Source: Anaerolinea sp.
GTDB taxonomy: Bacteria > Chloroflexota > Limnocylindria > Limnocylindrales > CSP1-4
Direction of reading: 5' to 3'
Assembly: GCA_013822395.1 (NCBI GenBank)
Contig: PNKK01000010.1
Location: forward strand, 4,470-68,469
DNA: 64,000 nucleotides
The translations under genes were made by a program, and so were the position numbers. Shown piece by piece: positions 55,555-64,000 of the stretch. How positions within the stretch are numbered: position 1 is the first letter of the stretch; every line of letters begins with the position of its first letter. Below the pieces are notes generated by a model. It ran no database searches, had not been told where the DNA came from, and was given only the letters and a program-made list of their open reading frames with translations.

Positions 55555-55932
55555 GTGATCGACTCGCCGGAACTGACCCTGACGCTCCCCAAGGGTCTCG
55601 TCGGCCTTCCGGAGGAGAGGGGATTCGCGCTCCGCACCGACGCGGGATCGGGCCTCATGGAGCTGTGCTCGACCCGGCCCGGTGGCCTCGACTTCTATGC
55701 CGCGCAGATCGATCGGATCCGGCCCGGCCTGCGCGAGCTCCTGGTCAGCCAGGGCCATGTCGGCGCGAACGATCTCGTCCTCGTCCTGCTGGCCGTCCAC
55801 GGGGAGCCGCCGGTCCTGACCGCGAATCTGGCTGGCCCGATCGTCATCGATCCGAACGAGCGGGTTGGCCGGCAGATCGTGCTCGAGGGCGACGAGTTCC
55901 CGCTGCGGGCTCCGCTCTCGATCGCCGACTGA
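55555..55932 (+). CDS. fliW: Flagellar assembly factor FliW (divergent)
   Basis: LPKGLVGL, TANLAGPIVID, GRQIVL, FPLRAPL; directly before csrA. Confidence 0.88.
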   Translation: MIDSPELTLTLPKGLVGLPEERGFALRTDAGSGLMELCSTRPGGLDFYAAQIDRIRPGLRELLVSQGHVGANDLVLVLLAVHGEPPVLTANLAGPIVIDPNERVGRQIVLEGDEFPLRAPLSIAD

Positions 55933-56153
55933 TGCTCGTCCTCACTCGTCGCCAGGGTCAGGTCCTGCGGGTGGGTGATTCCATCGAGCTCCGCGTGATC
56001 CGCGTGGAGGGTGACCGGGCGGTGCTGGGCATCGTCGCCCCGGCGAGCATCCGCGTCGTCCGGGGCGAGCTGGTCGATGCCGTCTCCGATGAGGTCCGGC
56101 GGGCGGCCGGGGCACGCAGCCAGGTCCGCGACCTCCTCGAACCGCGACGCTGA
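55932..56153 (+). CDS. csrA: Carbon storage regulator CsrA
   Basis: MLVLTRRQGQVLRVGDSIEL...LGIVAPASIRVVRGEL; ATG 55932 overlaps the fliW stop. Confidence 0.93.
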   Translation: MLVLTRRQGQVLRVGDSIELRVIRVEGDRAVLGIVAPASIRVVRGELVDAVSDEVRRAAGARSQVRDLLEPRR

Positions 56154-56256
56154 GGGCCGCGGTGCGCCGGCCGGACACGGCCAGGACGCGCTGTCGGATC
56201 GGCCGAGCGGCAGGTCACGGAGCCGCTGTACGCGAGCTCTTCGTGTGAGCAAGCGC

Positions 56257-56284
56257 TTCAGCGGACCGGGCTCACGTCCGATAC
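56257..56284 (+). promoter_or_regulatory. Putative sigma28 promoter (fliC)
   Basis: TTCAG-N15-TCCGATAC. Confidence 0.75.
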
Positions 56285-56310
56285 CCATTGGGACGGGCAT
56301 TCGCTCCGTC

Positions 56311-56350
56311 GGCGGCATGGATGCCGCCACACAGATCCAAGGCTAGGAGG
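56311..56350 (+). promoter_or_regulatory. CsrA-binding hairpin and GGA-containing SD in the fliC leader
   Basis: GGCGGC-ATGGAT-GCCGCC contains CATGGATG (CANGGANG); a second GGA lies in the SD TAGGAGG. Confidence 0.75.
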
Positions 56351-56359
56351 CCTACTTCA

Positions 56360-57538
56360 ATGGGTGTCCGGATCAACACCAACATCGAGGCGCTGAACGC
56401 GCAGCGGAACCTCGGCGCCACGGCCACGGCATTCAGCAAGAGCGTGGAAAAGCTGTCGAGCGGCCTGCGGATCAACCGCGCCGCCGACGACGCGGCAGGC
56501 CTCGCGATCAGTGAGAAGCTGCGGGCGCAGGTGCGTGGCCTCAACCAGGCCCTCCGCAACGCGCAGGACGGCATCTCGATGATCCAGACGGCTGAAGGCG
56601 CGCTGAACGCAGTCCAGAACATGCTCCAGCGGGTGCGCGAGCTGGCGGTCCAGTCGTCGAACAGCACCCTGAGCGCGGGTGACCTCACCAGCGTCAACAC
56701 CGAGATCCAGGCCCTCCGGGCGGAGATCGACCGGATCTCCGGCGCGACCGAGTTCAACGGCCAGAAGCTCCTGAACGGCACGCTCGTCGGCTCGCTCGGC
56801 GGCGCGACCGCGACCGACCTGGTGGTCGGCGACCAACTGGCGACGACCGCCGTCGCCGCTGTCACGAAGATCGAGGTCGAAGGCGCGAAGGCCCAGACCT
56901 ACACGTTCTCGGGCTCCGGCACGAGCCTGACGCTCACCGGCGCGGACGGTGCTGCACAGACCATCACCGTCGGCGCCGCGGCGGCGAACGGGACGAGCGT
57001 GCTCAACTTCGGCAACCTCGGCATCAGGATCACGATCCAGGCCAACGCGTCCGGCAAGGCCGCGGCGGACATCGTGACCGACCTGACCGCGGCGGCCGAC
57101 GACACGATCATCGTCAGCGGCAGCGCGGCCAACTTCCAGATCGGAGCGAACGCCTCCGACTTCCTCACCGTCAGCTTCACGAAGATGGACGTCGCCGGCC
57201 TCGGCCTGACGACAGCCCTCAACAACTTCGGCACGACCCAGTCGGTGGCCAACGCGCAGGCGCTCATCACGGCGCTCGACACGAGCGGCCAGGGCCTCGC
57301 TCGCGTCAGCACCGAGCGCGGCGCCTTCGGCGCGGTCCAGAACCGTCTCGAGCAAACGATCGCCAACCTCGGCGTCGCGGCAGAGAACCTGGCGGCGTCC
57401 GAGTCCCGAGTCCGCGACCTCGACGTCGCGGCCGAGATGGTCAGCTTCACCAAGACCCAGATCCTCCAGCAGGCCGGCACGGCGATCCTCGCCCAGGCCA
57501 ACTCCGCCCCGCAGTCGGTCCTCTCCCTCCTCCGGTAG
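56360..57538 (+). CDS. fliC: Flagellin
   Basis: MGVRINTNIEALNAQRNL, LSSGLRINRAADDAAGLAISEK, GAVQNRLE, QANSAPQSVLSLLR. Confidence 0.98.
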   Translation: MGVRINTNIEALNAQRNLGATATAFSKSVEKLSSGLRINRAADDAAGLAISEKLRAQVRGLNQALRNAQDGISMIQTAEGALNAVQNMLQRVRELAVQSSNSTLSAGDLTSVNTEIQALRAEIDRISGATEFNGQKLLNGTLVGSLGGATATDLVVGDQLATTAVAAVTKIEVEGAKAQTYTFSGSGTSLTLTGADGAAQTITVGAAAANGTSVLNFGNLGIRITIQANASGKAAADIVTDLTAAADDTIIVSGSAANFQIGANASDFLTVSFTKMDVAGLGLTTALNNFGTTQSVANAQALITALDTSGQGLARVSTERGAFGAVQNRLEQTIANLGVAAENLAASESRVRDLDVAAEMVSFTKTQILQQAGTAILAQANSAPQSVLSLLR

Positions 57539-57559
57539 GCGAGCCCGACGTCCAGTGAC

Positions 57560-57591
57560 GGACGGGCCGGGGCGTGAGCCCCGGCCCGTCC
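57560..57591 (+). terminator. Stem-loop after fliC
   Basis: GGACGGGCCGGGGC-GTGA-GCCCCGGCCCGTCC: 14-bp stem, GNRA loop, no U-tract. Confidence 0.7.
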
Positions 57592-57612
57592 GACAGCACG
57601 AGGAGCGTTTCC

Positions 57613-58080
57613 ATGTATGACGCCGTCTCGCTGTACCGGACCGCGCAGGTGGTCACCGGCAACCCGGTCGAGCGGGTCGTGCTCCTCTATGAGGGGGCCG
57701 TCCGTTTCGCGGTCCGCCACGTCGATGCCCTGGAGCGCGGCGACTTCGATGCCGCCCACACGGCCTCCATCCGCTGCCAGGAGATCGTCGCCGAGCTCCA
57801 AGAGGTCCTCGACCTCTCGGCCGGCCCGATCGCTCACCAGCTCGACGCCGTCTATGGCTTCATCCTCGATCGCCTCGTGGCCGGCAATCTGAGCCGCACG
57901 CCACGCCCCACCGTCGAGGTCCTGGACCTGCTGCGCGAGCTCCTCGCCGCCTGGCAGGAGGTGAGTCGCCGGACGCGGATGAGCGATCTCGCCCTCGCGA
58001 ATCGCCCAGTGCACGGCGGCGATCCAGGCCACGCCGCCGCGGCAGCCGGACTGGCCGGCGCCCGACCTGCCCTCGCGTGA
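57613..58080 (+). CDS. fliS: Flagellin chaperone FliS
   Basis: YRTAQVVTGNPVERVVLLYEGA, IVAELQEVLD, LDAVYGFI, LRELLAAW. Confidence 0.93.
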   Translation: MYDAVSLYRTAQVVTGNPVERVVLLYEGAVRFAVRHVDALERGDFDAAHTASIRCQEIVAELQEVLDLSAGPIAHQLDAVYGFILDRLVAGNLSRTPRPTVEVLDLLRELLAAWQEVSRRTRMSDLALANRPVHGGDPGHAAAAAGLAGARPALA

Positions 58081-58274
58081 CGCGCATCCACGCCGTGCGT
58101 TCCGCCCCCTCGGCTCGCGGCGCAGTCCTCCGGACCGACGGGATCGCTGTTGCGGCCCTGCCGCGATCCCTCGGCGCGAGCCTCGATCGCCTGCTCGAGG
58201 GCGATGCCGCCATGCGGATCGGGTTGCGCTGCCAGGCCGAGGATGCTCGGCGCGGCGATTCGCCGATCGGCGAC

Positions 58275-58302
58275 TCAAGATGCGGGCATCCCCGGCCGAT
58301 AC
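58275..58302 (+). promoter_or_regulatory. Putative sigma28 promoter (fliD)
   Basis: TCAAG-N15-GCCGATAC. Confidence 0.78.
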
Positions 58303-58358
58303 CTCGGTACAGCCCGGCTGGGTCACAGCCGGTACACCGGTAAGGCGAGAGATTTCGC

Positions 58359-60155
58359 ATGGCTGCAATCCAGTTCGGCGGCGTCTCGTCCGGCTTCGAT
58401 CCGAAGACCATCATCACGGCCCTCATGGACGCCGAGCGCCAGCCGCTGCTGCGGCTGCAATCCCGTGCCACGGTCCTCACGGCACGCAGGTCAGCCTTCG
58501 GGACCCTCGAGACGGCCGTTCGAGATCTCCTCGTGAAGGCCCAGGCGTTCACGCTCGGCAGTGCCGGAAGCGCCCGGTCGGTCACGTCGGCCGATCCGCT
58601 CCGGCTCACCGCGGTCGCCAACAGCGCGGCCATCCCGGGCCAGTACTCGGTGAGCGTCGATCGACTGGCGACATCGACGAAGGCCACCTCGACGACCGCC
58701 CTGGGGACCGCGATCACGGATGCGACGGCAACGGGACTCATGAGCGCCCTGCCCCTCCCCGGAACCGTCACCGCCGGGCGGATCGGGCTGGTGGTCGACG
58801 GCACGATCGTGACACTGACCGTCGGCGATCCGTCCAGCACGAGCCTCAAGACCGTCATCGACGCGATCGCCGACGCCGTTCAGACGCAGGCCCGGGTGAC
58901 CGATCCCGGCGCCACCGTGACGGCCTCCATCGTCGCGAACAAGGTCCGCTTCACCGTCGCCGGGGCCGCCGGTGACCATGACGTCCGGTTCGGCGTGGGT
59001 GGCGACACGAGCACCGCGCTTGCCCTCTTCGGCCTCGCCGGCCAGCGTGTCGCCAATTTCGGGATCGGCGCCACGACGATCGACGGAACGAGTCTGCTGG
59101 GCGTCACCCAGGCGACGGTCGCCCTGGATTCGGCGGGCCTGACGGGTCTGGCATCGACCGCCACCGGCGTCCTGACGGTCAACGGCGTCGCCATCTCGTA
59201 CGACACCACGGTCGACTCTCTGAACACCGTGCTCACCAGGATCAACGACTCGGATGCCGGCGTGATCGCCAGTGTCGACCGGACCAACGACCGGATCGTG
59301 CTCGCGCGGAAGGCCGCCGGCGCGACCGCCATCGACATCCGCGACACGAACGGGACCATCGGCACGGCCCTGGCCCTCGCGCCCGGGACGACGAACGCCC
59401 AGGTGATCGGTCAGACCGCGCAGATCACGATCGACGGGAGCCGGGTCGTGACGAGCGACACGAACACCGTGACGGGCGCGATCGACGGCGTCGTCCTCAC
59501 CCTGCTCGACCGGACGTCCAGCGCGGCCACCCTCACCGTCGGCGTCGACGGCGCGGCGATCCAGAGATCCGTCACGGACCTGGTCACGTCCTACAACGCG
59601 CTGGCCGACACGGTCGACAAGCTGGCCAAGCAGGCCCCGGGCGCCACGCCCGGCCCGCTCGCGGGAGATCCCGGCGTTCGGGAGCTCGCCCTGTCGATCC
59701 GCTCGCTTCTCCTGGCCATGTCGCCGTCCGCCGCCAGCAGCAGTCTCCGCTCGCTCGGGGACCTCGGGGTCAACTCCGGCGCCCTGGGCGCAAAGCCCGG
59801 GTCCACGACCCGTCTGAGCCTCGATGCCGCGAAGCTGACCGCAGCGCTGGGAAGCAACCCGAGCGCGGTCGCGTCGCTGCTCGGAACGGGCGGTGGGATC
59901 ATCGGGCCGATCATCGACCGTCTCAAGGCCGTCACGGGCGTCGGCGGGGTCGTCCAGGCCGGACAGGCCGGCGCCGATAGCGAGCTCAGGACCAACAGCC
60001 AGGCACAGGCGCGCCTCCAGCAGCGCCTGGACCTCCGGCAGGCGGCGCTCGACCGCAAGTTCACGGCGCTGGAGATCTCGCTCAGTCGCCTCCAGTCCCA
60101 GCAGGCGTCGATCGGCGCCCAGGTGAGCTCGCTCAGCGGCAATAGCCGGGGCTAG
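58359..60155 (+). CDS. fliD: Flagellar filament cap protein
   Basis: FGGVSSGFDPKTIITALMDAERQP, VDRLA, SDTNTVTGAIDGVVLTL, LVTSYN, KFTALE. Confidence 0.95.
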   Translation: MAAIQFGGVSSGFDPKTIITALMDAERQPLLRLQSRATVLTARRSAFGTLETAVRDLLVKAQAFTLGSAGSARSVTSADPLRLTAVANSAAIPGQYSVSVDRLATSTKATSTTALGTAITDATATGLMSALPLPGTVTAGRIGLVVDGTIVTLTVGDPSSTSLKTVIDAIADAVQTQARVTDPGATVTASIVANKVRFTVAGAAGDHDVRFGVGGDTSTALALFGLAGQRVANFGIGATTIDGTSLLGVTQATVALDSAGLTGLASTATGVLTVNGVAISYDTTVDSLNTVLTRINDSDAGVIASVDRTNDRIVLARKAAGATAIDIRDTNGTIGTALALAPGTTNAQVIGQTAQITIDGSRVVTSDTNTVTGAIDGVVLTLLDRTSSAATLTVGVDGAAIQRSVTDLVTSYNALADTVDKLAKQAPGATPGPLAGDPGVRELALSIRSLLLAMSPSAASSSLRSLGDLGVNSGALGAKPGSTTRLSLDAAKLTAALGSNPSAVASLLGTGGGIIGPIIDRLKAVTGVGGVVQAGQAGADSELRTNSQAQARLQQRLDLRQAALDRKFTALEISLSRLQSQQASIGAQVSSLSGNSRG

Positions 60156-60730
60156 AGGGTCCGCGCAGAAATAACGTAGGCGCTGACTGATCTTCCCTGG
60201 TGGAGACGAGATTCCCTCAGGCGGCGAGGATTGCGTCGAGGAGTCCGGCCACGACCGCGAGCGCCGGGACGCTCGCGAAGCCGCGATCGGTGAACGGCGT
60301 TCCGTCAGCGCCCTGTCCGCGCTCCCAGCCGCCCGAACCTGCCGTCGTCGCGCCTGCCCCCGCTCACCGCCCCCGCTACCGCTACCGCCCGCGCCCCCGC
60401 GCCCGCGCCCGCGCCGCCCTCGCGCCCGCGCCGCCCCCGCTACCGCCCGCGCCCGCCACCGCCACCGCTGCGATCGATCCGCCGATCAGCCGGACGTCGA
60501 CCGCGCTCGTCAGGGAGCCCAGATTGACGGCCCGAGCGGTCTGACGAACATGGTCAAGCGCCAGGTGATCGCTCGGATCGATGGCGCGAGGCGTCCCCGA
60601 TCCCCGGGGTGCACGGTAGCCAGCCACCTGCATCGGGGAGCTTCAGCGACCCGCAGGGCCGAAGCTGGGTCGCGTCATCCGGGTCACCGGCTCGCGGATG
60701 GCCCGGGACAGAGGGGACGCCGCGTCGGTC

Positions 60731-60784
60731 TCCCGGCGCCTACGACGTTCCCGGCGCCTACGACGTTCCCGGCGCCTACGACGC
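60731..60784. repeat. 18-bp tandem repeat x3 that includes the kinase stop codon
   Basis: TCCCGGCGCCTACGACGT x3 (third copy 17/18). Confidence 0.9.
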
Positions 60785-62779
60785 GAGCAGGCCGGTCACG
60801 GCGTCCCGGAGCATGGTCACGTCGAACGGCTTGGGCAGGAACGCCACCCGCGGATCGAGCTCCAGATCCGGGATCGGCGCGACGCCAGGGTAGCCGGAGA
60901 TCAGCAGGACCCGCCGCACCCGGCCCTCATCGAGCAGGCGGTCCGCAAGCGCCGGACCGGTCACGCCGGGCATCACCACGTCGGTGACGAGCAGATCGAT
61001 GCCAGCCGTGCCATGGGCGAGGCTGAGCGCCTCCAGGCCGTCGGCGGCGACCAGCGTGCGGAATCCGCCGCCGGCCAGAATCCGGGTCAGGACCGATCGG
61101 ACTGCCGGGTCGTCCTCGGCGATCAGGATCGTCGGCGGCTCGGCGGTCTCTGGGCTGCGTGTGTCGCGGCCGGTGCTCGATCCGCCGGCTCGGCCGGACG
61201 CAGCGCCCTGCGCCTCCTCCTCGGGCTCCGTGGCCGGCTCGGCCAGCGCCGGTTCCGGTGGCTCGATCCCCGGCACGAGGATGACGAAGCGCGACCCCTG
61301 TCCGGGCTCGCTGTCCACCGCGATGGACCCGCCCAGCTGCTGCACCGTGCCGTACGCGGTGGCTAAACCGAGGCCGGTACCGCGTCCCTGGGGCTTGGTC
61401 GTGAAGAAGGGATCGAAGATGCGCGCCTTGGTCGCCGTGTCCATGCCCGTCCCCGTGTCGATCACCTCGAGGCGCACGTACCGCCCCGGCACCACCGACG
61501 AGGCGTCCGTCTCAGGCCCGACCTGCTCATGCCCGATCCGGATCGTGATCCTGCCTCCGTCAGGAAGCGCGTCGCGAGCATTGACCACGAGGTTGACGAT
61601 GACCTGCTCGAGCTGAGCCCGATCCGCGAACACCGTCGCCGGGACGTGGGTGGCCTCCACCGCCAGGACGATATGGCTGCCGAGCGGCCGCCGAAGGATC
61701 GAATCAAGGCTGTCCACGACGTCGCGGACGTCGACCACCGTGGGCTGCAACCACTGCTGGCGGCCGAAGGCCAGGATCTTCCGGACCAGGTCGGACGCGT
61801 GATCGGCCGCGTGCAGGATCGCGTCGATCTCCGCCCGCCCGGGACCGTCCGGCGGCATCTCGGCCAGGGCCAGCTCGGCGAACGTGACGATCGCCGCCAG
61901 GATGTTGTTGAAGTCGTGCGCGATCCCGCCGGCGAGCCGGCCCACGCTCTCCAGCCGATGTCGCTCCAGGGCATCCACGAGGAGCGCCCGCTGGACCGTC
62001 ACGTCGTGCAGGACGACCAGGTGCCGATCCGCCAGCAACCCTCGGTCCGCCGTGTACTCGAGGATCCGCCGTCCGCTGTCGCGATCCTCGACCTCGACCT
62101 CGCCGCGCGTGGAGTCCCCCCGGCCCACCCGCCGGAACAGGTCCTGAAGCATGTTCACCGCGTGATCCTGTGCGCCGTCGGGCCGCTCGACCGGCGTTTC
62201 GCAGAGGCGCCTCGCCGCGGAGTTGAGCTCGACGATCCGACCGTCGTCGTCGACCACCACGATGGGGTCCGCGGCGGTCTCGAAGACGGCCTGCAGCAGT
62301 CCGGCCCGGTCGCGGAAGGCGGCCTCGGATCGGTGCATCGCCGTTCGGTGTCGATGATCGTCCAGCGCGCGCTGGATGGCGGATACCAGCCGTGCGGGGC
62401 GGTCCTTCAGGAGATAGTCCACCGCGCCACGGCGCAGGCACTCGATCGCCTCGTCGTCGGCGAGCGCACCGCTCACGACGATCAGCGGGATGTCGAGGGA
62501 TCGATCGCGAAGGAGGTCGAGCGCCTCGAACGCGTCGAAACCCGGCAGCGCAAAGTCGCACAGGATCAGATCCGGCGGGTCCGCAAGCGCGGCCTCGAAG
62601 GTCGCCCGATCGTCGGCAACCCGAATCGAGGCGGCCAGATCCGCGCGCCGGAGTCGGGCCACGATCAGGGCCGCGTCGGGTGGATGATCCTCGACGATCA
62701 GGAGCCGGCAGCCGGTTCCCTCGGAGGAGGCCATCGAATGGACGATCGGATCGGCGACCCCGCCGCCGGTCGCCGTCAC
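60776..62779 (-). CDS. Hybrid sensor histidine kinase (REC-PAS-HisKA-HATPase-REC)
   Basis: LLIVEDH, GRLAGGIAHDFNN, QVIVNLVVNARDA, FDPFFTTK, GTGLGL, LLVTDVVMP. Confidence 0.95.
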   Translation of the reverse strand: MTATGGGVADPIVHSMASSEGTGCRLLIVEDHPPDAALIVARLRRADLAASIRVADDRATFEAALADPPDLILCDFALPGFDAFEALDLLRDRSLDIPLIVVSGALADDEAIECLRRGAVDYLLKDRPARLVSAIQRALDDHRHRTAMHRSEAAFRDRAGLLQAVFETAADPIVVVDDDGRIVELNSAARRLCETPVERPDGAQDHAVNMLQDLFRRVGRGDSTRGEVEVEDRDSGRRILEYTADRGLLADRHLVVLHDVTVQRALLVDALERHRLESVGRLAGGIAHDFNNILAAIVTFAELALAEMPPDGPGRAEIDAILHAADHASDLVRKILAFGRQQWLQPTVVDVRDVVDSLDSILRRPLGSHIVLAVEATHVPATVFADRAQLEQVIVNLVVNARDALPDGGRITIRIGHEQVGPETDASSVVPGRYVRLEVIDTGTGMDTATKARIFDPFFTTKPQGRGTGLGLATAYGTVQQLGGSIAVDSEPGQGSRFVILVPGIEPPEPALAEPATEPEEEAQGAASGRAGGSSTGRDTRSPETAEPPTILIAEDDPAVRSVLTRILAGGGFRTLVAADGLEALSLAHGTAGIDLLVTDVVMPGVTGPALADRLLDEGRVRRVLLISGYPGVAPIPDLELDPRVAFLPKPFDVTMLRDAVTGLLAS

Positions 62780-63222
62780 CGGGGCATCCAGCCGGGATGG
62801 GAGCGGTTCGCCTTCACCCAGTAGTCGAGGATCGCCCGGATCCGGTGAGACAGCAGGTCGAACGACGTCGGCTTGACCACGTAGCCGCTGGTGCCCAGCT
62901 GGTAGCTCGTCGCGACGTCGGATTCGAGGTCGGAGGAGGTGAGGACGACGATCGGCAACCAGGCCGTCGATTCCTGCGCTCTGGCCTGCCGGAGAACATC
63001 GAATCCGTCCACGCGCGGCATCTTGAGGTCCAGGACGACGACCCGCGGACGGAGGGTGTCGGCATGTCCGTCGGTGCCGTGCAGGAGCTCGATCGCCTCC
63101 AGGCCGTCCCGCGCGCGGCTGACGGTCCCGTCGAAGCCCGACTGGCGGATGGCCGCCATGATCAGGGCGATGTCCGTCGGGTTGTCGTCAACGAGGAGCA
63201 CGTCAACGAGGCGCTCGGTCAT
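62776..63222 (-). CDS. Single-domain response regulator (Rcp1-like)
   Basis: VLLVDDNPTD, VVLDLKMPRVDG, VLTSSDLESDV, GYVVKP, C-terminal DYW. Confidence 0.92.
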   Translation of the reverse strand: MTERLVDVLLVDDNPTDIALIMAAIRQSGFDGTVSRARDGLEAIELLHGTDGHADTLRPRVVVLDLKMPRVDGFDVLRQARAQESTAWLPIVVLTSSDLESDVATSYQLGTSGYVVKPTSFDLLSHRIRAILDYWVKANRSHPGWMPR

Positions 63223-64000
63223 GGCGCGCCGCTCGGGAGGGTGAACCAGAACGTGGCACCCACGCCCACCTCGCCGTGCGCCCAGATTCGACCCCCGAGG
63301 CGATCGATGATCCGGTGGACGATCGCGAGCCCGACGCCCGTCCCTTCGAACTCGTCGGCGCGGTGCAGCCGCTGGAACATGCCGAAGAGCCGGGGTGCGT
63401 GCCGGTTGTCGAACCCCACGCCGTTGTCGCGGACGAAGTAGTGCATCCGGGGGTCGCCGTTCTCGTCGAGTCCCGCCTCCGCGCCGATATGGATCCGGGC
63501 CGGCCGCCGATCGCGGCTGAACTTCCGGGCGTTCTCCAGCAGGTTGGCATACACCTGCCGCAGGAGCAGGGGGTCGGCGACGCATGGCGGGAGCGGATCC
63601 ACCAAGATCTCGACGCCCGGGTCTGTCGCGATGCCGTGCTCCTCGAGGACCGCACGGACCATGTCCGCAGGCTCCACGACCTCCGGCTGAACCGCCTCTC
63701 GTCCGATGCGCGACAACTGGAGCAGGCCCTCGATCAGGCCGTTCATGTGACGGGCGCTCTGGCGGATCGTCGTGAGGTACGCGCGACTCTCCGGGTCCGT
63801 GGTCGTGGCCGGCCTCTCCTCCAGCAGCTGGGCGAACCCATCGATCGCCCGCAACGGTGCCCTCAGGTCGTGTGACACCGAGTAGGTGAACGAATCCAGG
63901 TCGCGGATCTGGTCCTGCAGCTCTTCGTTCAGCCGGGCGATCTCGTCGGCCGCCTCGCGGGTCGTCCGGAAGCGATTGAGGGTCTCCGTGAGGGCGTCGA
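63219..64000 (-). CDS. Sensor histidine kinase (Cph1/BphP-like HisKA subfamily); 5' end beyond the window
   Basis: DLDSFTYSVSHDLRAPLRAIDGF, NLLENARKF, VRDNGVGFD, FQRLH, GTGVGLA; frame open to the window edge. Confidence 0.93.
   Translation of the reverse strand, partial: DALTETLNRFRTTREAADEIARLNEELQDQIRDLDSFTYSVSHDLRAPLRAIDGFAQLLEERPATTTDPESRAYLTTIRQSARHMNGLIEGLLQLSRIGREAVQPEVVEPADMVRAVLEEHGIATDPGVEILVDPLPPCVADPLLLRQVYANLLENARKFSRDRRPARIHIGAEAGLDENGDPRMHYFVRDNGVGFDNRHAPRLFGMFQRLHRADEFEGTGVGLAIVHRIIDRLGGRIWAHGEVGVGATFWFTLPSGAP

Noticed and set aside
60198-60210. TGGTGGAGACGAG, the reverse complement of a tRNA-Ala/tmRNA-like 3' end (possible att site); similar TGGTGGAGGCGGGG at 32078
   Set aside because: Only 13-14 bp, CTGGTGGAG is a common word in high-GC DNA, there is no intact T-arm and no integrase in the window. 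Revisit only if the genome's tRNA-Ala or tmRNA ends identically and lies nearby.
60731-60784. 18-bp x3 repeat as a mini-CRISPR or iteron
   Set aside because: Head-to-tail with no spacers and no rep gene; best explained as slippage duplication of the kinase 3' end.
63219-64000. Bacteriophytochrome call for the last kinase
   Set aside because: Only the kinase core is visible; no PAS-GAF-PHY region is in the window, and this subfamily pairs with many sensor types.
1-64000. tRNA, rRNA, transposase, integrase or phage genes
   Set aside because: None recognised by eye; tRNAscan-SE, Infernal and ISEScan were not run and would be needed to exclude small elements.

Overview
Very GC-rich bacterial DNA with three zones. 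(1) 1-19 kb: korA (partial), a CBS protein, an EamA transporter and an HpcH-type aldolase, then a peptidoglycan/anhydro-MurNAc recycling cassette (Opp-type ABC transporter, murQ, anmK, GNAT, nagA, truncated SIS deaminase, AmiE-like serine hydrolase, MurR). The cassette is bracketed by four toxin-antitoxin loci: three VapBC-type pairs and one RelE-like toxin with a broken antitoxin. (2) 19-60 kb: a nearly complete ~40 kb flagellar supercluster of monoderm type (no flgA/H/I), split into two divergent arms. Between the arms lies a regulatory block: PocR-domain histidine kinase plus NarL-type regulator, flaG, cheC-cheD-cheY-cheB, PAS-EAL protein, an unknown protein and an atypical LuxR regulator. 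fliA/flgM, fliW/csrA and at least five sigma28-type promoters are present. (3) 60-64 kb: a kinase / Rcp1-like regulator / hybrid kinase triad running off the edge. Gene content and protein style suggest a monoderm host, possibly Chloroflexota (Limnocylindria-like); this is inference only. Best leads: the PocR two-component system as a candidate flagellar master regulator, a sigma28-driven surface beta-propeller protein, a lipobox on FliP, a probable ACG start codon, a tandem-repeat FliK, an M23-SLT fusion coupled to a displaced flgB, and a CsrA lacking the FliW-contact Asn55. No database searches were run; all calls come from recognising motifs by eye.
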